DNA of 64,000 nucleotides from a bacterium (GCA_965216315.1 CBDCFN010000016.1:1632001-1696000), one strand, 5' to 3'. Positions 1-10,495 are shown, counted from the first letter of the stretch. Numbers and translations are program-made. Notes: generated by a model not told the origin, from the letters alone.

Positions 1-41
1 ATGGAATACAGGCTCATCCCTCACCCCGATCTTTGTTGAGC

Positions 42-70
42 TAAGGGGGAGAAACGTTCTCTCCCCCTTA
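42..70. repeat. Inverted repeat hairpin downstream of the giant carboxylase (possible terminator or intergenic repeat)
   Basis: TAAGGGGGAGA-N7-TCTCCCCCTTA, perfect 11-bp stem, no clear U-tract. Confidence 0.4.
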
Positions 71-120
71 ACCACCCTCCTCGCCTTGTGACCACTCCAA
101 CCCCAGAGCGGCCGAAAAAA

Positions 121-3100
121 CTATTTGCGCTCCGGCGGTCTCGAGGCCCTGTCCAGTTCGACCGTTCCGCTTGTAATGACCTCAATCTTACCTTTGGCCT
201 CCAGCAACAGCGAACCATCAGGAGACACATCACGTACAATCCCGGAGGCCGTAATCTCGTCACCATTCATTATATGAACCCGCTTATCTTTTAAATAAGA
301 GCGTCCGCGGACATAGCTTACAATATCCGGCCACCCACCTTCGTTAAGGCGTTGCATTTCGCTTTCTAAGGCTTCCAGGAGACGTTTCAAGACCATTGCT
401 TGATCCCAACTCTTGCCGGTATCAATGGCAAGCGAGGTCGCAGGTTTACCGATACCACTAAGATCTTCAACGGTCGCATTCGTATTCAGGCCAATTCCGA
501 CCACGAAGGCTCCGTCACCGTGCTGTTCAATCAAAATTCCCGCCAGTTTAGCATCGCGCAGATAAATATCGTTAGGCCACTTGATAGTCGGTTGTGAATC
601 CGAAATAGCTCCAACCGCCCTAGCAACGGCGGCAGCCGTAGCAAAGGTCATCTTAGGTATCACATTTTTTTCGACGGACGGCCTTATCGCGACGGACATG
701 TAAATACCGGCTCCTTTGCGCGAAACCCAAGTATTACCCGTACGTCCCCGCCCGGCCTTTTGTTGATCAGCAATAACAACCGTCCCTAACATGACATTCT
801 GATCCAATAACGCCTTCGCAACATCATTGGTTGATCCCACCGATTCGAAAGCAAAAATGCTACGCCCGATCCGACCTGCAGCAATACCCAAATCAAGCGA
901 CCGAAACCCCTCACCAAGAGTTTTGATAGCGTCAATATCAATACTATCCGCATCTTTCACTGGTCTAGGGGACTCTACCAGAGGCTTATCAACCGCAACC
1001 GCTCTCGGGACAGGTCTCTCCGGACTTTCGCTGCGGGGCGTGTCTTGACGTCTAGTCAAAATGAAGGGGCCGAGCCCCATGCTTTTGACGGCCTTCTCCC
1101 ACTGCTCAACTCCGGCATCCCCCATCGCGGCAAACGTTGTAAATGAATTTAGCCAAACATCGATCTGCGCGTCAACCTGAGCCCGATAGACTTCGCGCCC
1201 TTCATTTAAATTGCGGATATACCAGGGGCGGATTTGATTCGCCGGCACAACTTCATGAATGGCCCCAACGGCCACAGCCTTATCGACAGTGTGGATCCCG
1301 TCATATTCAAGTCGGAAACTTTCTTCCACCTCATCACGGGCCGCGCGTCTAATCTTTTCAATATCTTGAGGAGATGTTACTTTTTGCAGTCGTAACTGCC
1401 AAGACGAATCCGTCTTTAGTAATTCCTCGGCAGCCGCATTAATTTTGCGGGGGAAAATCAACTTTGTAGCGATGTTGCCTCCGATCACGGAAGCAAATGT
1501 ATTATCAACCGCTCCAACCGTAGCGTTGTCATTGATCACCCGCGAAAAGACAACATAAGCGCCACCATGGTAACGTGTCGTCACCAAGAAAGCGAGCTTG
1601 CCTTTATAATTCCGAACCGCCTCCTCAATTGCCGTGCCCCATTCCAATTGATTATTCATCAGTGATTCGGGACTACCATCAAAACCCGAGAGATTAGCGA
1701 CGACAACCAAATCGGTACGGCCACTCGCCGCGTTAATTGCACGCGCAACTTTTTTAGATCCTTCCGGAAACAGCGTCGATCCACTCCAACTATCAGGATA
1801 CCCTGGTGGAATCTCACCCTCACGTGGGAGGCTCTGCGCATCAATACCGATCATCGTCGTGGGGATACCTCCAATCGCCGTTTCTTCGACGCGAATCAGA
1901 TCAGCCCCGCCTTTTTTCCAGAGATGCCAGCGCTGTAACACAGGAGCATCCTGATCGCGGATTGATGCCATTACGGCAGCCACTGGAAACGGCTTCTTTT
2001 TTTCCTTATCCGCGAGGATCTCGCCAATGTCATAGACAGTTATCGTGGGAATGCTCGCCAGTTCCTCTAGCCTATTCAAGATCTTTCCCATCTCAGTCGC
2101 GTCTGCAGAACTAATGCCTTCATCAGACTCCGCTTGAAGTTCCAAGGCCTCCAGCGCCTTCTCTAATTGTTCTTTCTCTGCCGCTCTTGCCGCCTGTTCT
2201 GCCAGCACCTCTTCCGCTGATTTATCCGTTAAGGCCGGATCGACATAACGGTACTTCGTTACATCCCGACCATGGTGGTCGGATGTTTCCCATTGATCAA
2301 CAAGTATCTGACCCGGTGCATGCCAGGTCAAATCATGATGTTGCCAAAGCAGGCGCCTGCCCTCCGAGATCGTCTCAACGTAAAATTGGGTTTCACCAAT
2401 CGGTCCTGTCACCCGTTCCGCCCCGGCGAGACCAAGATTATCTTCGGCACCGACAGATCCCGAAATCATCTGGGCACGATTCCCGGTCAGGGCTGTATAG
2501 GAATTAGCGGCCTTAATCAGGACACCACGGCGGGTCATCTCCATCGTCGCGTTGGCATCCCAATAAGACTGGGCCCCGATGTTGCCTCCATCAACGAGGA
2601 TATTTACGACCCCGCCCGCATCACAAAACTCACCAAGACGTCTCATGACGAGAGCTGTCCAGTCCAGATTCTCAACACCCTTATCCATCGAAATACCGGC
2701 ACCACTTGAGGTGGCTTTCCAATCGATCTCAAGTCCGTGTTTTTCAGCATAATCAATGGCGGCAATGATGCGCGCACATTCAGGCTCTTGAAGCGGACAG
2801 AGTCCATAAGTCGCGTCATTGACTATTTGCATGATACGAATCCCCTCGGGATGTCGCTGTGTCGGCCGTTTCAATTCACCAAAAACGACCTTACCGGTGT
2901 TATTCCCCCGTTCCCGATTGACCTCAATGAGATCGTACGTGGCTCGATGTTCTCCGGTCTGCTCATCCTTAATCAAACGCGGGTTTTCAATATCCAGTTC
3001 ATGAAATTCTCCGCGCCCGTAGCCTTCATCGGCTGTCAGGTCTTGAACATATTGATAGGCCTCAACCAACCCAAGGCCCTCATTGCGCGCGACGCGCATT

Positions 3101-6100
3101 TTATAGGCACTACGCGGTTTGACGTAACCCTCTGGTTTACCCAAGGGCTTGACCGCTTTCATCTTCAGTCCTGTACCGCCGGGATTGCGAATCCGAAATA
3201 GCATATCTTGAAAAGGTTGATCTTCGGACGGTCGCCACCGCATCAAGCGCACGTTCGTTTCTTCGATCTGCATGCCGCGGATGCGCGGCGCAAGCCGCGC
3301 AATTGCACGCTTCATCTGGTCCGGAGTGGCCGTCACTTCGGCCCGTATCAACATATGGATGCGGTGTGCCGCCCAACCCTCTTGAGACTCGGACCGAATC
3401 GAGTGAATTGCCTGTCCAAAGGCCAAATCAATTTCGGGATAGCGCAGCGTTCCATTCCCATCACTTTGGGGGGACAAATGGCGGACAATCGAATAGGCAA
3501 AGAGCCGACGATCGGGTTTTTTCTTCTTCCCCGATGGATCTTTTTCAGTCAACTTAAAGAGGTGATTCCATTCCCACGGTGTCTGCGAGCGTTCCACCTC
3601 CCAATGTCGCCGCAATCGCCAGAGCTCTAATTGAGCCGCCCGATAGGGGTGAATCCCTCTAAAGAGTACGTCTTCAACAAACATCCCCTGGCGTTCCAAG
3701 TCAGGTCGATACGTCAGATAGAACGTTCCCGCTTCACCCATGACAAAGGTCAACGTAATCCGCTTAATTTGGCGATTGGGATCGACAAAGCCAATCAGCG
3801 AAGGAATACGCTCTGCAAGCCGCTCAATATCTCTCATGTCGCCGGTCAATTCCGGAATAATAAGCTCCAGCGTATTGTCGACCGTCTCCTGGGCACCCAG
3901 ATCGGTCGCTCCACGGTGAAAATCTTCCAGGCTCTTGATCCCCCGCTTGATTAAGTTTTTGATTCCATTCTGTCCCAAGGGATCACGGCCGGCAGAGAGA
4001 CCAACCACCGCACGCCTGACCCCGGATTCCTGATCCTTAAAAATCCCGAAAGAATAAAGATCCTGTTCTTTCACATTCAAAGTATGCGCTTCGATGTTGT
4101 GACGATCGCCATAGAGCCGCTGAAAACGGATCGCCGCGGCGATTTCGGCTGCCTCCGCATCATTTCCAAGGATGTGATCGATAATTCCTAAAATCGTAGC
4201 ATCTGCCAGCGACGAAACTTCCTTAATCACTCCCCGCCGTTCAGCGGAGCCCGCCCGGAATCCTTTGGCTTTTTTGATAAGCTCAGCAACTCGTTGGTCG
4301 GCATCGTCACGACTGACCTTGCCTAACTCCGATTCGTTGAGTGTAAAAAGGAGCCCTTGAGCGGCATGCGTCAGCTTTACGACATCACGGTCGAGATGAT
4401 TGAATTTTTCTAATGTCGCCACGAGTTTGCCTTGAGGCCCTCTCAAGGCACCCGCGTCCCACAAGGACTGCAACCAATCGAATACCCGCAGCATTAACAT
4501 CTGGCGAATTTTCGTTTCTTCGCGGGCGATCCGCATTCTGACTAAGGCACGGTCAAGGCCTTCCGAGGGTTCATCGATGGAACTCACGCCGTGGTGGCTC
4601 AAGGCCTGAGACAAAATGGCTCCAAAAGCAGGATCGGAGACCTGACGCGTTTGAATAAAATCATCAAATTGATCGAATAATGAGCGCTTCTCAACGCTTC
4701 CCCTTAAGGCATGGCGCTGAAACAACATCTCAACGTCAATGAAGGCATCGAGAATCTTAACCGCTTCTTCAGCGATGAGTTCATCTCCAACGTCTTGATT
4801 GACCGCATGTCCTAAAGCGTCGAAAATTCCCTGGGCATAGGGGCTTAATTCATCTTGCCGCTCGAAACCCTTAGGAACGGAGGTATAGAGTCGCTGCAAC
4901 GGATCATAGTTGAGACTGGCATCGCGCAATAAAGCCGTCATCTCCCGGTAGCTTTCAGGAAAGTTGCCTACAATGTTTACGATGCCTGCCGCAAAATCTT
5001 CTGTTCCCGGAGCTACGTGAAAGAGTTGCTGCACTTCCGTCTCTCCCGTCGGCCTGAATTCAAGCTGAGGGGCCTCAGGAGGAGGACGATCATCCGGTTC
5101 CTTGATGCGGACGAGTAATTTGCCTTGGAGCACGGCAGCATTTTCAGAAACCAAGTATTCTTCGAGTATGCCGGGGACCTGCGCCTTCAGCGGTTGTTCG
5201 ATCTTCATAACCTCTAGAACGGCAATAACATCACCCACGTTGACAACATCACCCGGCTTTTTCTCATACCGAAGTACGGTTCCATTTTGGGTCGCGCGCA
5301 CTTCTCCGACAGGAGGATTATCGACAGTAAACGCGACTCCATTGACAGAAATTGGATAAGCGCCTTGTTTCTCCGATCCAATGATGGGAACGCGCTTGCC
5401 ATCAATCGTCATGTTAAACTCGGAACCGCTGGGCCCCTTCGTCTCCAAGTCAACTGTGTAGTCGCGACCATTAATACTCACTAAATAGTCGCCTGACCTT
5501 TCACTGACAGAAAGCCTATATTCGCGGCCAAACAGGGCAAATACAAATTCCGCTTCTTTGCGGGGCGGCAACTTCGGCAGACGTCCCTTGCGCAAGGTCG
5601 CAAGCACACCATTATCATATGCACTGCGCTGTTTACGGTAGGCGAGAATCGCCGCAGCCACGAGTGCTTCATGAGAGTACTGTTTGACTTCCCAAGGCTT
5701 GCGCATCGGCATGTAGTGGTCCTGGAGCCATTTATTTGAATAGGCAATGTCACCAAATACCTGATGTCCCATCACCTCGATGGCAAAGCCACGCATCGTG
5801 CGCACGCCGTCAACGGCGAGATCCGTCAAGCCACGCATGGTGACCGCGCGCGCTGAATTGCGGTCGCGACCTTTTCCGATCAATTTAAGGAGCGTCGGAT
5901 CATATCCCGCGGTAATGACATCTCCCTGACGTACCGCGACGTCGGCACGTATGCCTTTGCCCGTGGGCGGCCGAAACAATTTAAGGGTTCCACTGGTTGC
6001 GGCAAACTCCTCATCGGCATCCTGGGCATAGATGCGCACCTCAAAGGCCGTTCCTCTGGGTTCCGGAGTCGATTTCACGGACAAACGATAGCCTTCCGCA

Positions 6101-7887
6101 ACCCGAATCTGTTCTTTCACCATATCAACGCCGGTAACTTCTTCGGTAATCGTGTGTTCGACTTGGAGGCGGGCATTGATCTCCATCGGATAAAAGTCCA
6201 TCCCGTCATAGAGACCTTCAAAGGTCGCAGCCCCGATGTAATCCGCTTCATGGAGCACGCGGACCGCATGTTGATGCATGCCTTGACGTTGACCGTTAGG
6301 AATATTCGGCGCCGGCGCCTCTTCGATGATCTTCTTGTTCTTCCATTGAATGGAACAGTCACGATCACCGACGGCAACACAATTGCCATGTTGATCTCGA
6401 ATCAGCTGAATCTCAACATGCCGCGGTGCAATGAGTTTGTTGACATAAACCGAGGCATCATCGTCATTGTCGATGGCTTTACGTTGGATATATTCGAAGG
6501 CCTGCATGAACTCGCGACGATCATAAAGAAAGACGATATGTTCATGTGGATTGTCGCTGGCTTTTAGCTGCTCTTCCGATAAATGGGACAGCACCAGCGG
6601 ATAACCTAGTTCATTCGCAACCGCCTCACCCTGTGACTGTGTCGCCACTTTATGCCACGGCTCATCCGACGGTCTCGGCAAGATAGCCTTTTCGATAAAG
6701 ACGGTGGGATTACCAAAGGCACGCAGTGCTCCCGCCTGTGCCTTTGAAAAGGCATCTCTCAACTCCGCTTCGTTGTGCACAAAGTAGATTCCTTCACCAC
6801 CGCCTCCCGCTGTGGCCTTAATCACGACAGGATATCCCAACCGCTCTGCAACCTGAATTGCCTGCTCAAGCGTATCCGCCTCACCCCAGGTTAATTGATC
6901 CGGATCGGCCAGCCGTTTGAAACCAATCTTATCACCAACTAATTCCATCGCCGACTTGCGAGGGCCGAGAAAGCGAGAGCCAAGCTCAGTCACCAACGCC
7001 GAAAGCTCCGGATTCTCCGAGGCAAAGCCCCAACCGGGCCACACTCCGATGTCGTTAGCCGAAAGCCCTTCCGCCTCCGCTTGTCTAATCACCTGCTCCA
7101 AGGCTTCGCGCAGGATGACATCAACATCGTTGTAGGCAAGGAGCTTCTTGGTCTTATCGGGATCATCATCCGTCGGATCCGGCACATCGCGACTATCCGG
7201 CACAAGTATCGCTTGATCCGCGTCGACCACAAACGGAGCCCCGGCATCCGCCTGCGTATACATGACGATCACTTCGATTTTTTCACCGCGTTCACGTTCC
7301 AACTCACGAACCGCGGTAATCAGACGCGAAGCCGCCTCACCCCGATTGGGTACAAAGATCTTCCGTAAATGACTTACCTCCGGCTCAACCGTTTCACCCG
7401 GGTCCGCATTCAACTGAACCGCCGCTATGACATTAAGTGGAGCCGGCTCGCCCACAACTGCCGACGTGCCAGCCATTGCAGACGTATCGACGACTGTATG
7501 ACTCCCGGCAAGGGCTTCCGGAGACAAAGCCGCCCTCATTTCCATTAACTTCTCTTCAATGAGCTGTTGAAGTAGGGGTGATTGATCGGATGCCTTCCCT
7601 TCTGTCGCCAGTTCATGCCCATGGTCGAGTACTTCTATCGCTCGAGCGCGAATGACAGCCGCATCAGTTTCTGGATGGAGCTGATCCGCTGTCAGCGAAG
7701 TCAACGGTTGAAGATGGCCGCGGAATGTATCTAAGCCGCGTTGCAAATAAGGATCATCTTGCAGAAGCGTTTGTGTCGACTGAATGTTGTTGAGTATTTG
7801 CGGCTCTTGAAGAACACCGGAGGCCGCTAAGATTCCGGTAGAAGTGAGCGACAATGAGGAGGTCGCTCCGATGGTAAATAGACCCAT
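121..7887 (-). CDS. Single-chain acyl/acetyl-CoA carboxylase (BC-BCCP-central-CT) with about 170-aa N-terminal extension and C-terminal biotin-protein ligase (BirA-like) domain
   Basis: BC motifs NRGE, PGWGFASEN, IKATAGGGGEG, MEINARLQVEH; biotinyl motif EVMK; CT motifs SSGAGISMD, ANLSGFDGSPES, RYHGGAYVVF; BPL motifs STND, QKAGRGRTG, KWPNDI, KLAGILIE. Confidence 0.9.
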   Translation of the reverse strand: MGLFTIGATSSLSLTSTGILAASGVLQEPQILNNIQSTQTLLQDDPYLQRGLDTFRGHLQPLTSLTADQLHPETDAAVIRARAIEVLDHGHELATEGKASDQSPLLQQLIEEKLMEMRAALSPEALAGSHTVVDTSAMAGTSAVVGEPAPLNVIAAVQLNADPGETVEPEVSHLRKIFVPNRGEAASRLITAVRELERERGEKIEVIVMYTQADAGAPFVVDADQAILVPDSRDVPDPTDDDPDKTKKLLAYNDVDVILREALEQVIRQAEAEGLSANDIGVWPGWGFASENPELSALVTELGSRFLGPRKSAMELVGDKIGFKRLADPDQLTWGEADTLEQAIQVAERLGYPVVIKATAGGGGEGIYFVHNEAELRDAFSKAQAGALRAFGNPTVFIEKAILPRPSDEPWHKVATQSQGEAVANELGYPLVLSHLSEEQLKASDNPHEHIVFLYDRREFMQAFEYIQRKAIDNDDDASVYVNKLIAPRHVEIQLIRDQHGNCVAVGDRDCSIQWKNKKIIEEAPAPNIPNGQRQGMHQHAVRVLHEADYIGAATFEGLYDGMDFYPMEINARLQVEHTITEEVTGVDMVKEQIRVAEGYRLSVKSTPEPRGTAFEVRIYAQDADEEFAATSGTLKLFRPPTGKGIRADVAVRQGDVITAGYDPTLLKLIGKGRDRNSARAVTMRGLTDLAVDGVRTMRGFAIEVMGHQVFGDIAYSNKWLQDHYMPMRKPWEVKQYSHEALVAAAILAYRKQRSAYDNGVLATLRKGRLPKLPPRKEAEFVFALFGREYRLSVSERSGDYLVSINGRDYTVDLETKGPSGSEFNMTIDGKRVPIIGSEKQGAYPISVNGVAFTVDNPPVGEVRATQNGTVLRYEKKPGDVVNVGDVIAVLEVMKIEQPLKAQVPGILEEYLVSENAAVLQGKLLVRIKEPDDRPPPEAPQLEFRPTGETEVQQLFHVAPGTEDFAAGIVNIVGNFPESYREMTALLRDASLNYDPLQRLYTSVPKGFERQDELSPYAQGIFDALGHAVNQDVGDELIAEEAVKILDAFIDVEMLFQRHALRGSVEKRSLFDQFDDFIQTRQVSDPAFGAILSQALSHHGVSSIDEPSEGLDRALVRMRIAREETKIRQMLMLRVFDWLQSLWDAGALRGPQGKLVATLEKFNHLDRDVVKLTHAAQGLLFTLNESELGKVSRDDADQRVAELIKKAKGFRAGSAERRGVIKEVSSLADATILGIIDHILGNDAEAAEIAAAIRFQRLYGDRHNIEAHTLNVKEQDLYSFGIFKDQESGVRRAVVGLSAGRDPLGQNGIKNLIKRGIKSLEDFHRGATDLGAQETVDNTLELIIPELTGDMRDIERLAERIPSLIGFVDPNRQIKRITLTFVMGEAGTFYLTYRPDLERQGMFVEDVLFRGIHPYRAAQLELWRLRRHWEVERSQTPWEWNHLFKLTEKDPSGKKKKPDRRLFAYSIVRHLSPQSDGNGTLRYPEIDLAFGQAIHSIRSESQEGWAAHRIHMLIRAEVTATPDQMKRAIARLAPRIRGMQIEETNVRLMRWRPSEDQPFQDMLFRIRNPGGTGLKMKAVKPLGKPEGYVKPRSAYKMRVARNEGLGLVEAYQYVQDLTADEGYGRGEFHELDIENPRLIKDEQTGEHRATYDLIEVNRERGNNTGKVVFGELKRPTQRHPEGIRIMQIVNDATYGLCPLQEPECARIIAAIDYAEKHGLEIDWKATSSGAGISMDKGVENLDWTALVMRRLGEFCDAGGVVNILVDGGNIGAQSYWDANATMEMTRRGVLIKAANSYTALTGNRAQMISGSVGAEDNLGLAGAERVTGPIGETQFYVETISEGRRLLWQHHDLTWHAPGQILVDQWETSDHHGRDVTKYRYVDPALTDKSAEEVLAEQAARAAEKEQLEKALEALELQAESDEGISSADATEMGKILNRLEELASIPTITVYDIGEILADKEKKKPFPVAAVMASIRDQDAPVLQRWHLWKKGGADLIRVEETAIGGIPTTMIGIDAQSLPREGEIPPGYPDSWSGSTLFPEGSKKVARAINAASGRTDLVVVANLSGFDGSPESLMNNQLEWGTAIEEAVRNYKGKLAFLVTTRYHGGAYVVFSRVINDNATVGAVDNTFASVIGGNIATKLIFPRKINAAAEELLKTDSSWQLRLQKVTSPQDIEKIRRAARDEVEESFRLEYDGIHTVDKAVAVGAIHEVVPANQIRPWYIRNLNEGREVYRAQVDAQIDVWLNSFTTFAAMGDAGVEQWEKAVKSMGLGPFILTRRQDTPRSESPERPVPRAVAVDKPLVESPRPVKDADSIDIDAIKTLGEGFRSLDLGIAAGRIGRSIFAFESVGSTNDVAKALLDQNVMLGTVVIADQQKAGRGRTGNTWVSRKGAGIYMSVAIRPSVEKNVIPKMTFATAAAVARAVGAISDSQPTIKWPNDIYLRDAKLAGILIEQHGDGAFVVGIGLNTNATVEDLSGIGKPATSLAIDTGKSWDQAMVLKRLLEALESEMQRLNEGGWPDIVSYVRGRSYLKDKRVHIMNGDEITASGIVRDVSPDGSLLLEAKGKIEVITSGTVELDRASRPPERK

Positions 7888-7956
7888 GCCTGAAAACCCC
7901 AGACCTTTCGAATGTAACGATCCTCCCCATGAGGAGGCCCTCGACGCAGTTCTTTG

Positions 7957-7981
7957 TTCGGACTCAAGGGGTAAAAGTTGC
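7957..7981 (-). promoter_or_regulatory. Sigma-28-like promoter, copy 1 (giant carboxylase)
   Basis: Minus strand GCAAC-TTTTACCCCTTGAGT-CCGAA (CAAC-N15-CCGAW), about 70 nt upstream of ATG 7887. Confidence 0.7.
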
Positions 7982-8019
7982 TAATTTTTTCGAAATCGAA
8001 ACGGCGAAGATAGTAAGTT

Positions 8020-8032
8020 TAACTAATTGATA
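8020..8032 (-). promoter_or_regulatory. IHF-consensus site
   Basis: TATCAATTAGTTA matches WATCARNNNNTTR exactly. Confidence 0.5.
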
Positions 8033-8049
8033 TAATTAAATTTATGCTG

Positions 8050-9882
8050 CTATTCGGTCACGATGTTGTCGAGGCGGTCGAGGGCCTTGATGACAACCTC
8101 CCGCAAGATCGCATTGTGGGCCTTATAGGGGGCCCGCGGGACGCTCCGCAAGAACACGATGCGGGCGGGTGCCAATCCCTTGACCCCGGGCCCGGCAACA
8201 TTTTCCATATGTCTGAGCAGCTCAACCTCGGTATACCGAGCCCCCCGGGCGAGCACAACGGCAGCGACAACCATTTCTCCCAGTTTCTTGTCCGGGATTC
8301 CAACGACGTGACAATCCTGAATTCCCGACATCCCACGCATATGATTTTCAATCGTCCGTGGAAAGACGGCCTGGCCATTGGTCACGATCTTTTCGATCGA
8401 GCGCCCAAGTACCGTAAGGAAGCCGTCCTCATCCAACTTACCGAAGTCATCGCCCTCACGGAATCGCCCATCGGTCAGTGCGTTCTTGACGTAGATCGTC
8501 CCGACTTGACCCGGACCCAGGATCGTACCGCCCTGGTCGCGAATCTGAATCTCAACTCCCGGTGCGGGGCGCCCCACGGTCTCTTTATGGGCGAGTAATT
8601 GATCCGGTCTAAGGACGGTTACCAAACCAAATTCCGTCGTCGCATAATTTTCCCAGATGATGGGCCCGAACACGCCGACAGCAAGCTCCTTCAATGAAGG
8701 ATGAAACGGAGCCGCTCCGACGTAAATGGCCCGCAACGAATCAAGTTTATAATCGTGGTGAGAATCGGCAACAAACATACACAAGCTTTTCAACCAATGC
8801 GGCGAGGTCCAAAAGTTGGTGAGTTGATGGTTATCAATCAAATCTAAAGTCGCTTCCGGATCAAAGGCGAGGCTCGGGGTTTCATCGAGCATCACCATTG
8901 CCCCGCGATTGAGATGTCCCTTCGCCCAGGAGTGCGCACCGCCATGATAGAGTTGGCCCACAACGAGGTTTTTGTCTCTTTCAGTAATTTGAAACAGGCG
9001 GTTCGCCTTGCGTCCGACGTTCGCATCGCGCTTAACACGGACTAGCTTGGGCTCACCGGTCGTTCCCGAACTCATCATCACGGGACCCGGATACTCAGGC
9101 GCAACCATATCCGCACTCGCGGCTGGCGGTCGTTTAAATTCTTTAATGATACTTCGGTAGTGAAGAACGTTCGGATACTTGTTATCAATGTCGACCACAA
9201 TCGTTCCCATCGCCTCAAGCAAGGGAAGATAGAGTTCGATATGCAGTAAACTTTCATGATCGAGAAACAACACGCGATACGGCTGAGCCCGTAGTTTCTC
9301 CATGATCTGATCGCGTGATAGATAAGAATGAAAATTGGTGTACGCCACACCGGCACGCTTGGCTCCAATATTGATCGAGAAATGTTCAACGCGATTCCGA
9401 CTGAAGAAGATGGCGACTTGTTGATCATCCGAGTCACGACAACCCGCAATGAAGCGACCGAGGATATCCGCATGGGCGTCCAACGTCCCATAGGTTAACC
9501 CTTCCGTGCCTTGTCGCACTGCCACACGCTGTCCCCAACTAAAGGCATTTTGCGCAATCGGATCGGTTCGATTGATCGGACCCGGCGTCATCCGACTCGT
9601 CAGGTCGCTCAATACACCACGAATTTGCTCGCGGGTCGGTATGCTGAGCAGCGTCGGCAACGTATAACTCCCTAAAAAGGGATGGACTATCTGGGACTCG
9701 TGACCGCGCCAGTAGAGATCCTGGACGTCTTCCCAGATTTCTCCGTCGGTGAGCTGATCATCCGAGTGCATGTGCCGTTCGATTTGCGCAAGCTCCTCCG
9801 TAAAGGCCGCGACGTTGAAAGTCCCGCGGCTGGCACAGAGCATAGGGGCAACCATGAGCTGGGTCGCCAAATTGGATGACAT
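8050..9882 (-). CDS. AMP-binding (ANL superfamily) acyl-CoA synthetase-like protein with N-terminal extension
   Basis: MSSGTTGEPK P-loop, YATTEFG, GIPDKKLGE; start moved to ATG 9882 because the promoter motif overlaps the 9915 start. Confidence 0.8.
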   Translation of the reverse strand: MSSNLATQLMVAPMLCASRGTFNVAAFTEELAQIERHMHSDDQLTDGEIWEDVQDLYWRGHESQIVHPFLGSYTLPTLLSIPTREQIRGVLSDLTSRMTPGPINRTDPIAQNAFSWGQRVAVRQGTEGLTYGTLDAHADILGRFIAGCRDSDDQQVAIFFSRNRVEHFSINIGAKRAGVAYTNFHSYLSRDQIMEKLRAQPYRVLFLDHESLLHIELYLPLLEAMGTIVVDIDNKYPNVLHYRSIIKEFKRPPAASADMVAPEYPGPVMMSSGTTGEPKLVRVKRDANVGRKANRLFQITERDKNLVVGQLYHGGAHSWAKGHLNRGAMVMLDETPSLAFDPEATLDLIDNHQLTNFWTSPHWLKSLCMFVADSHHDYKLDSLRAIYVGAAPFHPSLKELAVGVFGPIIWENYATTEFGLVTVLRPDQLLAHKETVGRPAPGVEIQIRDQGGTILGPGQVGTIYVKNALTDGRFREGDDFGKLDEDGFLTVLGRSIEKIVTNGQAVFPRTIENHMRGMSGIQDCHVVGIPDKKLGEMVVAAVVLARGARYTEVELLRHMENVAGPGVKGLAPARIVFLRSVPRAPYKAHNAILREVVIKALDRLDNIVTE

Positions 9883-9906
9883 GAGACCTGTAAACACAGT
9901 GGGCTC

Positions 9907-9931
9907 ATCGCACATTTTCGGAAAAAGTTGT
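9907..9931 (-). promoter_or_regulatory. Sigma-28-like promoter, copy 2
   Basis: Minus strand ACAAC-TTTTTCCGAAAATGT-GCGAT (one mismatch in the -10 element). Confidence 0.55.
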
Positions 9932-10032
9932 TTATTTCTTAGGGGTTATCTTCGAATCCTTGCGAAAGAATCGCCGGTTGAGGCTTCGCGATAGATCTGC
10001 TAAGGACTCGATTCACATAAGGAGCTAAGTTC

Positions 10033-10413
10033 ATGAAAAAGATATTCATTCTCGGTGCCGGCCTCATTCTCGCGACCGGCCTCTCTGCTTGCCAGAAATC
10101 AACGGATCCAGCCAAATCAGAGCCGACTTCCACCCTAGAATCAACGAGTTCGGGAGACAAAATCTCCGGCGAGGCCTTCAGCGGTGATTATGTCACGGTC
10201 CTGTGCCGCAAATACAAAGAATGTGGCATCAATGCCTTTAAAACGGATAAGGATTGTCACAATCGTATCAAGGCGGTTCTCGACAAGGATGCCAAATGGC
10301 AAGAGCTCAACTTGGACAAGTCAGCGCTAGCCACGTGCTTAAAGGACTTTAAGGACTTCTCGTGCGACAATTTTAAGGCAGGCAAGGCCCCGGATAGCTG
10401 TCAAAAGCTCTAG
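10033..10413 (+). CDS. Cys-rich lipoprotein of unknown function
   Basis: SD AAGGAG, lipobox LSAC, six Cys in the C-terminal domain. Confidence 0.75.
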   Translation: MKKIFILGAGLILATGLSACQKSTDPAKSEPTSTLESTSSGDKISGEAFSGDYVTVLCRKYKECGINAFKTDKDCHNRIKAVLDKDAKWQELNLDKSALATCLKDFKDFSCDNFKAGKAPDSCQKL

Positions 10414-10495
10414 GATATTGTTTTTCCTTGCGTATTTTGGGGTTAACTCGATATAAGGCCCCCGCCTTTTTCATTAATTTATAAGGAGATCTTCA

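Noticed and set aside
9883..9915. Upstream start MCDEP of the acyl-CoA synthetase
   Set aside because: Overlaps the promoter motif; ATG 9882 is preferred
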